A DNA stretch of 64,000 nt from sequence record PV390659.2; one strand, written 5' to 3'. Shown here piece after piece: positions 56,233 through 64,000 of this stretch. A program made the position numbers and the translations under genes. Every line of letters begins with the position of its first letter. Position 1 is the stretch's first letter. A model generated the notes under the pieces. The model made no database searches and was not told the DNA's origin. It was given only the letters and a program-made list of their open reading frames with translations. This stretch comes from Escherichia phage vB_EcoM_P8.

Positions 56233-56256
56233 ATTTTCCAAAGATTACACAAAGTT

Positions 56257-56286
56257 GTTTACAGTATAGTTCCTTTGTGATAGTAT
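56257..56286 (+). promoter_or_regulatory. T4-type early promoter with stem-loop
   Basis: GTTTAC, 18-nt spacer, TAGTAT; TCCTTTGT/ACAAAGGA inverted repeat. Confidence 0.5.
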
Positions 56287-56313
56287 TATCTCATACAAAC
56301 AAAGGAGAATAAA

Positions 56314-56646
56314 ATGAAAACGATTAATCTGAACGCTACAGTTAAAACTAAATGCTTCAACGGTAAATATGATGAAACTATGTGGTTCTTAATGGCAGTT
56401 GAAGGTGATATTATTGAAGTAGAAACAACAGAAGGTATGGGAACAGATTTCACCTTTACAATTCAAGTTCATAATTTCTTTACTGGTTGGATTTATGAAT
56501 TGAATACAGTAATCGTTGGAAAAATTGAACAAAATGAATTAGGTGAATGGTATTATGTTACAGCTCGCCAACGTGCCGAACGCTTAATTGAGAAGATGAA
56601 AAAAGTTGGTAAACTTGACATGCAGCACTGGAAAGTAGTAAAATAA
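56314..56646 (+). CDS. hypothetical protein
   Basis: 110 aa after early promoter with hairpin. Confidence 0.5.
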   Translation: MKTINLNATVKTKCFNGKYDETMWFLMAVEGDIIEVETTEGMGTDFTFTIQVHNFFTGWIYELNTVIVGKIEQNELGEWYYVTARQRAERLIEKMKKVGKLDMQHWKVVK

Positions 56647-56648
56647 TT

Positions 56649-56690
56649 GTTTACTTTGGTACAGGATATGATATTATATACCTGTACCGC
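56649..56690 (+). promoter_or_regulatory. T4-type early promoter with stem-loop
   Basis: GTTTAC at 56649; GGTACAGG/CCTGTACC around -10. Confidence 0.5.
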
Positions 56691-56714
56691 AATTAAACAT
56701 CTCGGAGAATAAAA

Positions 56715-57080
56715 ATGAATTACATCAACTTTGAACGTAAATATGTTTCTAACGGTATTGCAGGTTCTATTGATACTATCTGCCTTTGGAAACATCAAAA
56801 TGGATCAGTATGCGAAATTGAACAGTATATGACTCCTAACTACGTTTATATGCGATTTGAAAATGGCATCACGGTTTCAATCACGAAAGAAGGTTCTTCT
56901 TTTAAAATCGCATTGGATGATGATTTTCGTCAACGCGATTTAGGGACTCATCCTTGCTGGAATGGCGTTAATCGCAAGCTTCTGGTTAAAACTTGGATTC
57001 GTCATATTCTGAGTAACAGAGCTAAACCTGAGCATCTTGAAGCAATCTTTGATGTAGTTCTTAACGAATTTGATATTTAA
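56715..57080 (+). CDS. hypothetical protein
   Basis: 121 aa after early promoter with hairpin. Confidence 0.5.
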   Translation: MNYINFERKYVSNGIAGSIDTICLWKHQNGSVCEIEQYMTPNYVYMRFENGITVSITKEGSSFKIALDDDFRQRDLGTHPCWNGVNRKLLVKTWIRHILSNRAKPEHLEAIFDVVLNEFDI

Positions 57081-57121
57081 AATAAAATGAGGGGCTTCGG
57101 CCCCTTACTGAGGAAAATACT

Positions 57122-57409
57122 ATGTTTATGACTACTTATTTTGATACCCGCAAAAATTTCTGTGAAGTGGTTTTCTCTAAGGCACCTAAAGACCTTCCTG
57201 CTCATTTGCAGCCTACTAGTGAATCGATTAAAAACTATGTTAATGTAGTCTGCCCTTTAGAGTTCCGTACTGTAAATGGCCGCGATACTTTAGCTATCAC
57301 TAAACTTAATCGTGAAATTGACATTGACCCTTCAATTGCGCGTGAAATTAACATTTCTGATATTGGCGGCGGTAATGTTAAATCGCATGGTTTTCAGATG
57401 AGGTTCTAA
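57122..57409 (+). CDS. hypothetical protein
   Basis: 95 aa. Confidence 0.5.
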   Translation: MFMTTYFDTRKNFCEVVFSKAPKDLPAHLQPTSESIKNYVNVVCPLEFRTVNGRDTLAITKLNREIDIDPSIAREINISDIGGGNVKSHGFQMRF

Positions 57410-57606
57410 TGAAATTCTTTTTAGGTCAAACTGTTGAATTAAAGGGAGTTGGTATACCTGGATTAATTTCTAAGGTTCTACCTCCATTTAAATGGAGTGG
57501 TATTCAAATAAAAGAGGCTTATATTGTTTCCTGGGTAGATGGAAATGAAGACCTTCGTATGGGTGATGAATTATCTCCTATTTACGGATTAAAGGAATTA
57601 GTATGA
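57409..57606 (+). CDS. hypothetical protein
   Basis: 65 aa. Confidence 0.4.
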   Translation: MKFFLGQTVELKGVGIPGLISKVLPPFKWSGIQIKEAYIVSWVDGNEDLRMGDELSPIYGLKELV

Positions 57607-57809
57607 ATATAATTAATAAGATTTTTGGAATTCAGTACATTAAGGTCACATATAAAGTAACGTATAAAGGTCCGTATACCGATGAATATGAAGAGCCGCA
57701 AGTTCAGTCTATTATATTAGAAAAGGACCCTAACTGGCCAGTTGAATTTCGTCTTCCTTGCTATGGTCATTGGGCTGATGTTGAAATTATAAGTATTGAA
57801 AATGTCTGA
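57603..57809 (+). CDS. hypothetical protein
   Basis: 68 aa. Confidence 0.4.
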   Translation: MNIINKIFGIQYIKVTYKVTYKGPYTDEYEEPQVQSIILEKDPNWPVEFRLPCYGHWADVEIISIENV

Positions 57810-58260
57810 GTTAGAGATAAGAAGCAATTTTAGATGGCCATCATGCGCATTAAGTAATTTCGCCCAATGGCCTTTCGTTATGGATGGTATTCAATTTGGA
57901 GGTCTCGAAGGATTCCTCCAAGGATGCAAGGTGAAAAATGTTGAACAACAGCGTCGTATATTTGGGTTATCCGGGCTTGCCGCCCAACAAGCTGGAAGGT
58001 CTTATGCTAGAGCTCAGGACCGTGGCACGTTGTTCTGGCTTGGAACTCCGTTTTCAAGATATTCCGAAGCATGGAAAGAATTATACACAAATGCATATTT
58101 TGAAGCAGCGATCCAAAACAGGGGCTTTCGCGATGCATTACAAGCCTCGAAAGGAAAAGTTTTGAAGCACAGCATGGCTAGTGGTCTAACAAAAGATGAT
58201 ACAATACTAACCGAAGCTGAATTTATTGATGTGTTAAATCTATTAAGAGACTCTCTATGA
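57796..58260 (+). CDS. conserved hypothetical protein (30.3 position; possibly NADAR/YbiA-like)
   Basis: 154 aa; domain assignment is recollection only. Confidence 0.5.
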   Translation: MKMSELEIRSNFRWPSCALSNFAQWPFVMDGIQFGGLEGFLQGCKVKNVEQQRRIFGLSGLAAQQAGRSYARAQDRGTLFWLGTPFSRYSEAWKELYTNAYFEAAIQNRGFRDALQASKGKVLKHSMASGLTKDDTILTEAEFIDVLNLLRDSL

Positions 58261-59120
58261 AGCCTACTATTTTGACTGATATTGATGGAGTATGTTTAAG
58301 CTGGCAATCAGGCCTTCCTTATTTTGCTCAGAAATATAATCTTCCGTTAGAACATATTTTAAAAATGATCCAAGATGAGAAATTTATTTCTCCGGGTAAA
58401 CTCTTTAATTGTGATGAAGAACTTGGTGTCAAGTTAATTGAAAAATACAATCGTTCAGATTTTATTCGTTACTTGTCTCCGTATAAAGATGCTCTGTGTG
58501 TAATTAACAAATTAAAAGAAGATTATAATTTTGTAGCTGTTACAGCATTGGGTGATTCTATTGACGCTCTGTTGAATCGTCAATTTAATTTGAATGCTCT
58601 TTTTCCTGGTGCCTTCTCAGAAGTAATGATGTGTGGTCATGATTCTTCAAAAGAAGAGTTGTTCAAAAAGGCAAAAGAGAAATATAACGTAATTTGTTAC
58701 ATTGACGATCTCGCTCACCATTGCGATCATGCGAGTGAAATATTAAATGTTCCTGTTTATTGGATGGCGCGAGGAGAGCGTGACAATATTCCAAAAACTG
58801 CGCAGCGAGTTTATACATGGAATGATGTAGAAAATAAGCTTTTTTCGCCGAAGGAAAATAAAGAAAGTTTTGATAGTGAAAAAGCTATAAAAGATGTAAT
58901 TGAGAAGATGGTTAAAAACGATTCTTTTCGTTGGAACACTACCTGGAGAACTCCTGGATTTAATCCGTATAACCCATATTATACACATCCATATAATCCA
59001 TATTATACACACCCGTATCATATGAATCCATTCCATACGTGGAGTTATACTAAGCCTGGTGATGCAGGGTATTTTAATAGATTTACTAGTGGTGATAATA
59101 TTTTCCAAGGAGCATTCTAA
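58257..59120 (+). CDS. HAD-superfamily hydrolase-like protein with Pro/Tyr-rich C-terminal repeat
   Basis: 287 aa; N-terminal DIDGV (HAD motif I); C-terminal NPYYTHPY x2. Confidence 0.55.
   Translation: MKPTILTDIDGVCLSWQSGLPYFAQKYNLPLEHILKMIQDEKFISPGKLFNCDEELGVKLIEKYNRSDFIRYLSPYKDALCVINKLKEDYNFVAVTALGDSIDALLNRQFNLNALFPGAFSEVMMCGHDSSKEELFKKAKEKYNVICYIDDLAHHCDHASEILNVPVYWMARGERDNIPKTAQRVYTWNDVENKLFSPKENKESFDSEKAIKDVIEKMVKNDSFRWNTTWRTPGFNPYNPYYTHPYNPYYTHPYHMNPFHTWSYTKPGDAGYFNRFTSGDNIFQGAF
58965..59020 (+). repeat. 24-nt tandem duplication in coding sequence (NPYYTHPY x2)
   Basis: CCATATTATACACATCC at 58974 and CCATATTATACACACCC at 58998. Confidence 0.6.
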
Positions 59121-59389
59121 TGTTTGTCGTTCACACTATTTATGAAAATGAAGGTAATACTACACGTGATTACGGTCACGTAAATCAATTTTTTAGATGC
59201 AATCCAGAATTCCGAGCTCAAAAAGACGAACGAATTTTTAAAAAATGTGTAGAGCAAGGTTTCATTTACGTCAAGCACTGGATGCAAGGAAATAAAGTTA
59301 GAACTACATATCATAAGTCTTTGCCTGAGCTTAATGATGAATTGATTTATAATAGAGCTGTAAACCAAACTTTGAAGGATGAGCAATGA
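59120..59389 (+). CDS. hypothetical protein (30.1 position)
   Basis: 89 aa. Confidence 0.5.
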   Translation: MFVVHTIYENEGNTTRDYGHVNQFFRCNPEFRAQKDERIFKKCVEQGFIYVKHWMQGNKVRTTYHKSLPELNDELIYNRAVNQTLKDEQ

Positions 59390-60849
59390 TTCTTAAAATT
59401 CTGAATGAAATAGCATCTATTGGATCAACTAAGCAGAAGCAAGCAATTCTTGAAAAGAATAAAGATAATGAATTGCTTAAACGGGTATATCGTCTGACTT
59501 ATTCTCGTGGGTTACAGTATTATATCAAGAAATGGCCTAAACCTGGTATTGCTACCCAGAGTTTTGGAATGCTGACTATTACCGATATGCTTGACTTCAT
59601 TGAATTCACGTTAGCTACTCGGAAATTGACCGGAAATGCTGCAATTGAGGAATTGACTGGATATATCACCGATGGTAAAAAGGATGATGTTGAAGTTTTG
59701 CGTCGAGTGATGATGCGAGACCTTGAATGCGGTGCTTCAGTATCTATTGCAAACAAAGTTTGGCCAGGTTTAATTCCTGAACAACCTCAAATGCTGGCAA
59801 GTTCTTATGATGAAAAGGGCATTAGTAAGAATATCAAGTTTCCAGCTTTTGCACAGTTAAAAGCAGATGGAGCTCGGTGTTTTGCTGAAGTCCGAGGTGA
59901 TGAATTAGATGATGTTCGTCTTTTATCACGAGCTGGTAATGAATATCTAGGATTAGATCTTCTTAAGGAAGAGTTAATCAAAATGACTGCTGAAGCCCGC
60001 CAGATTCATCCAGAAGGTGTGTTAATTGATGGCGAATTGGTATACCATGAGCAAGTTAAAAAGGAACCAGAAGGCCTAGATTTTCTTTTTGATGCTTATC
60101 CTGAAATTAGTAAAGCTAAAGAATTCGCCGAAGTAGCGGAATCTCGTACTGCTTCTAATGGAATCGCCAATAAATCCTTAAAAGGAACCATTTCTGAAAA
60201 AGAAGCTCAATGCATGAAGTTTCAGGTCTGGGATTATGTCCCGTTGATAGAAATATACGGTCTTCCGGCGTTTCGTTTAAAATATGATGTACGTTTTTCT
60301 AAACTAGAACAAATGACATCAGGATATGATAAAGTAATTTTAATTGAAAACCAGGTAGTAAATAACCTAGATGAAGCTAAGGTAATTTATAAAAAGTATA
60401 TTGACCAAGGTCTTGAAGGTATTATTCTCAAAAATACCGATGGATTGTGGGAAAATGCTCGTTCAAAAAATCTCTATAAATTTAAAGAAGTAATTGATGT
60501 TGATTTAAAAATTGTAGGAATTTATCCTCACCGTAAAGACCCTACTAAAGCAGGTGGATTTATTCTTGAATCAGAGTGTGGAAAAATTAAAGTAAATGCT
60601 GGTTCAGGCTTAAAAGATAAAGCCGGTGTAAAATCACATGAACTTGACCGTACTCGCATTATGGAAAACCAAAATTATTATATTGGAAAAATTCTAGAGT
60701 GCGAATGCAACGGTTGGCTAAAATCTGATGGCCGCACTGATTACGTTAAATTATTTCTTCCGATTGCGATTCGTTTACGTGAAGATAAAACTAAAGCTAA
60801 TACATTCGAGGATGTATTTGGTGATTTTCATGAGGTAACTGGTCTATGA
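59386..60849 (+). CDS. 30: ATP-dependent DNA ligase
   Basis: 487 aa equals T4 ligase length; MILKILNEIASIGSTKQKQAILEKNKDNELLKRVYRLTY...; adenylation motif KADGAR (AQLKADGARCF). Confidence 0.95.
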   Translation: MILKILNEIASIGSTKQKQAILEKNKDNELLKRVYRLTYSRGLQYYIKKWPKPGIATQSFGMLTITDMLDFIEFTLATRKLTGNAAIEELTGYITDGKKDDVEVLRRVMMRDLECGASVSIANKVWPGLIPEQPQMLASSYDEKGISKNIKFPAFAQLKADGARCFAEVRGDELDDVRLLSRAGNEYLGLDLLKEELIKMTAEARQIHPEGVLIDGELVYHEQVKKEPEGLDFLFDAYPEISKAKEFAEVAESRTASNGIANKSLKGTISEKEAQCMKFQVWDYVPLIEIYGLPAFRLKYDVRFSKLEQMTSGYDKVILIENQVVNNLDEAKVIYKKYIDQGLEGIILKNTDGLWENARSKNLYKFKEVIDVDLKIVGIYPHRKDPTKAGGFILESECGKIKVNAGSGLKDKAGVKSHELDRTRIMENQNYYIGKILECECNGWLKSDGRTDYVKLFLPIAIRLREDKTKANTFEDVFGDFHEVTGL

Positions 60850-61034
60850 AAGCTTACTTAGAAACAATTGTCGTTGCTCAAAAAGAAGGTGGAGATGTTT
60901 CTACTTCTGTATCACAAATTATGATTGAATTTATAGATGCATATGCTTATAATAAATTCACAGAAACATTTGATGCCTATGAAAAAGGTCCAAAGTTTGA
61001 AATATACCGTACTCTCTTACCAATAGATTATTAA
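60846..61034 (+). CDS. hypothetical protein
   Basis: 62 aa, ATGA-coupled to ligase. Confidence 0.45.
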   Translation: MKAYLETIVVAQKEGGDVSTSVSQIMIEFIDAYAYNKFTETFDAYEKGPKFEIYRTLLPIDY

Positions 61035-61057
61035 AGGCCTTCGGGCCTTTAATTTTA
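61033..61057 (+). terminator. terminator-like hairpin after ligase block
   Basis: AAAGGCC-TTCG-GGCCTTT followed by AATTTTAT. Confidence 0.45.
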
Positions 61058-61063
61058 TAAATA
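61056..61063 (+). promoter_or_regulatory. late promoter (TATAAATA) for alt
   Basis: Exact TATAAATA about 25 nt upstream of alt ATG. Confidence 0.6.
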
Positions 61064-61086
61064 GAATAAACACTAGAGAGGCTATG

Positions 61087-63180
61087 ATGGAACTTATTAC
61101 AGAATTATTTGACGAAGATACTACTCTTCCAATTACAAACTTAAATCCAAAGAAGAAAATACCGCAAATTTTTTCAGTTCATGTTGATGACGCAATTGAA
61201 CAACCAGGCTTTCGTTTATGTACCTATACATCTGGAGGTGATACTAATCGCGATTTAAAAATGGGCGATAAAATGATGCATATTGTTCCTTTTACATTAA
61301 CTGCTAAAGGTTCAATTGCTAAATTAAAAGGTCTCGGTCCAAGCCCAATTAATTACATTAATTCAGTTTTTACTGTTGCAATGCAGACGATGCGTCAGTA
61401 TAAAATTGATGCCTGCATGCTCCGTATTCTTAAGTCTAAAACTGCTGGTCAAGCTCGACAAATTCAAGTTATTGCTGATAGACTTATCCGTAGTCGTTCG
61501 GGTGGCAGATACGTCCTTCTTAAAGAACTCTGGGATTACGATAAAAAGTATGCATATATTCTTATACATCGCAAAAATGTATCACTAGAAGACATTCCAG
61601 GAGTTCCGGAAATTAGTACCGAGCTCTTTACTAAAGTTGAATCGAAAGTCGGCGATGTTTATATCAATAAAGATACTGGAGCTCAAGTAACTAAAAATGA
61701 GGCAATTGCAGCATCTATTGCACAAGAAAATGATAAACGTTCTGACCAAGCTGTTATTGTTAAAGTTAAAATTTCCCGTAGAGCAATTGCGCAAAGTCAA
61801 TCATTAGAATCTTCTAGATTTGAAAGCGAATTATTCCAGAAGTATGAATCTACTGCAGCTAATTTCAATAAACCTGCTACAGCTCCTTTAATTCCCGAAG
61901 CAGAAGAAATGAAGCTTGGAATTAATTCATTAGCTTCTAAAACTAAGGCAGCAAAAATTATTGCCGAAGGAACCGCAGATGAACTTCATTATGACTATAA
62001 ATTCTTTTCAAAAAGTGAGGTTAATGAAGTTTCTGAAAAAATTAAAGATGTAATTCTTAATGCGATTAAAAATGAACCGACTACTTCAATAAAATGTTTA
62101 GAGAAATACGCAGCAGCTGTTAATCAATTATTTGAAGAATATAAAGATAATTGGCTTGATAAACATAATAAAACCCGTAAAGGACAGCCAGATGAAGTCT
62201 GGGAAGAAATGACTAAAAATTCCTGGAACGCAGCAAAAACTAAATTCCTCAAAAGAATGATTTACAGCTTTTCTGGAATTGGTGCAGGTCCAATGATTGA
62301 TATTACTATTGCCCGTGATGGTTCTAAATATACTCCATCACAAAAGCGCGGCATTAGAGAGTATTGTGGTTCAGGATATACTGACATCAATAATCTTCTT
62401 TTGGGTCGTTACAATCCAGAACGATATGATGTAATGAGTGAAAAAGAAATTGAATCTGCTATAAATAACTTAGATTCAGCTTTTGAAAACGGTGACCGTA
62501 TACCAGAAGGCATTACAGTTTATCGTGCTCAAAGCATGACTGCTCCTATATACGAAGCACTAGTTAAAAATAAAGTGTTCTATTTCAGAAATTTTGTATC
62601 TACTTCTTTAACTCCTATCATTTTTGGACGTTTTGGAATTACACATGCTGGTATTGGTCTTTTAGAACCAGAAGCTCGTAACGAATTGACAGTTGATAAA
62701 AATGAAGAAGGAATAACTATTAATCCAAACGAAATAAGAGCGTATAAAGAAAATCCTGAATACGTTAAAGTTCAAATAGGATGGGCAATTGATGGAGCTC
62801 ATAAAGTTAATGTTGTATATCCAGGAAGTCTCGGAATAGCAACAGAAGCTGAAGTAATTCTACCACGCGGATTGATGGTCAAAGTTAATAAAATAACTGA
62901 TGCTTCTAATAATGATGGAACAACATCTAATAATACAAAACTCATTCAAGCTGAAGTTATGACTACGGAAGAACTCACCGAATCAGTCATTTATGACGGT
63001 GACCGTCTAATGGAAACTGGTGAAGTAGTTGCAATGACAGGTGATATTGAAATAGAAGACAGAGTTGACTTTGCATCATTTGTTTCATCAAATGTTAAAC
63101 AAAAAGTAGAATCATCTCTTGGAATTATTGCATCTTGCATAGATATTGCAAACATGCCTTACAAGTTCGTTCAAGGATAA
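61087..63180 (+). CDS. alt: ADP-ribosyltransferase Alt (virion-packaged)
   Basis: 697 aa from MELITELFDEDTTLPITNLNPKKKIPQIF...; late promoter TATAAATA upstream. Confidence 0.85.
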   Translation: MELITELFDEDTTLPITNLNPKKKIPQIFSVHVDDAIEQPGFRLCTYTSGGDTNRDLKMGDKMMHIVPFTLTAKGSIAKLKGLGPSPINYINSVFTVAMQTMRQYKIDACMLRILKSKTAGQARQIQVIADRLIRSRSGGRYVLLKELWDYDKKYAYILIHRKNVSLEDIPGVPEISTELFTKVESKVGDVYINKDTGAQVTKNEAIAASIAQENDKRSDQAVIVKVKISRRAIAQSQSLESSRFESELFQKYESTAANFNKPATAPLIPEAEEMKLGINSLASKTKAAKIIAEGTADELHYDYKFFSKSEVNEVSEKIKDVILNAIKNEPTTSIKCLEKYAAAVNQLFEEYKDNWLDKHNKTRKGQPDEVWEEMTKNSWNAAKTKFLKRMIYSFSGIGAGPMIDITIARDGSKYTPSQKRGIREYCGSGYTDINNLLLGRYNPERYDVMSEKEIESAINNLDSAFENGDRIPEGITVYRAQSMTAPIYEALVKNKVFYFRNFVSTSLTPIIFGRFGITHAGIGLLEPEARNELTVDKNEEGITINPNEIRAYKENPEYVKVQIGWAIDGAHKVNVVYPGSLGIATEAEVILPRGLMVKVNKITDASNNDGTTSNNTKLIQAEVMTTEELTESVIYDGDRLMETGEVVAMTGDIEIEDRVDFASFVSSNVKQKVESSLGIIASCIDIANMPYKFVQG

Positions 63181-63183
63181 ATC

Positions 63184-64000
63184 ATGGAACTTATTACAGA
63201 ATTATTTGACGGCGCTTCGGCGCCGGTTGTTAACTTAAATCCCAAGCATAAAATACCTCAAATTTTTGCTATTCAAGCCGGTGAAGAAAGCGTGCTTCCT
63301 GGATTTAGATTTTGTACATACACCTCTGGCGGTGATACAAATAAAAACGTTAAGCCAGGCGATAAAATGATGCATATCGTAATGATAGGTGTCAATGAAA
63401 AGCTATCATTAGTTAAACTTAAAAACTTAGGTGGAAATCCAATTGGTGTCATTAATGCGGTTTTTGATACTGCTCTTCAAACAATGAAACAGTATAAAAT
63501 TGACGCATGCCTGTTCCGCGTACTAAAGAGTAAAACAAACGGTGCAGCTCGTCAAATGCAAGTTATTGCCGACCGTTTAGTACGTACCAAAGGAGCAGGT
63601 CGATATGTTCTTTTAAAGGAAATCTGGGACTATGATAAAAAGTATGCATATATTATGGTTTACCGTAAAAATGCTAATTTAGAAGACATTCCAGGTGTAC
63701 CTCCTATTTCAACTGAGTTATTCACAAAAGTTGAATCAAAGGTTGGTGATGTTTATGTAGACGTTAAAACAGGTAATGCTGTTCATAAAGCTGTCGCTGT
63801 TGCTGCTTCTATTGCCTTAGAAAATGATAAGCGCACGGATCAAGCTGTTATTCAGAAAACTAAAATTAGTCGTCGATTAGCAGCACAAGCTCAATACTCT
63901 ACTGTCGATGCTTCACTTCAGGGTGATAGCTTCGCTGCTAAGAAATATCAAGAGTTTGAATCTAAAGTTCCGGTATATAAAGCAGAAGGACCAATGAACT
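63184..64000 (+). CDS. Alt paralog (3' end lies outside window)
   Basis: Open to window end; MELITELFDGASAPVVNLNPKHKIPQIF... paralogous to alt N-terminus. Confidence 0.75.
   Translation, partial: MELITELFDGASAPVVNLNPKHKIPQIFAIQAGEESVLPGFRFCTYTSGGDTNKNVKPGDKMMHIVMIGVNEKLSLVKLKNLGGNPIGVINAVFDTALQTMKQYKIDACLFRVLKSKTNGAARQMQVIADRLVRTKGAGRYVLLKEIWDYDKKYAYIMVYRKNANLEDIPGVPPISTELFTKVESKVGDVYVDVKTGNAVHKAVAVAASIALENDKRTDQAVIQKTKISRRLAAQAQYSTVDASLQGDSFAAKKYQEFESKVPVYKAEGPMN

Overview
This window reads as a contiguous 64 kb segment of a T-even (T4-like, Tevenvirinae) coliphage genome, gene-dense with about 112 supportable CDS. It runs, in reverse-complement orientation relative to the usual T4 map, from primase 61 through dam, 56, soc, modB/modA, dda, dexA, topoisomerase 39, rIIA/rIIB, denB, ndd, stp, ac, 52, motA, arn and asiA (all + strand), then the convergent late block t, 38, 37, 36, 35, 34 (- strand), then rnh, dsbA, 33, 59, 32, frd, td, nrdA, nrdB, denA, 63, alc, a spanin-like pair, pseT, cd, 31, rIII, a 30.9-30.1 series, DNA ligase 30, alt and an alt paralog (+ strand). 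Gene calls rest on my recollection of T4 protein sequences and lengths plus motifs visible in the translations; no database search was run. The phage is T2-like rather than T4 itself: gp38 is a glycine-rich adhesin, gp37 carries a C-terminal chaperone-like domain, gene 39 is uninterrupted (no separate gene 60), and td and nrdB have no introns or homing-endonuclease genes. I found no tRNA, rRNA, CRISPR array or integrase. The best candidates for undescribed content are the variable islands between conserved genes: the 61-dam interval (an antisense membrane-peptide ORF and a nuclease-motif ORF coupled to dam), a 68-codon ORF wedged between frd and td, a two-ORF insert between td and nrdA, and a 400 bp structured non-coding region between rIII and the 30.9 position. 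None of these can be confirmed as novel without a homology search.
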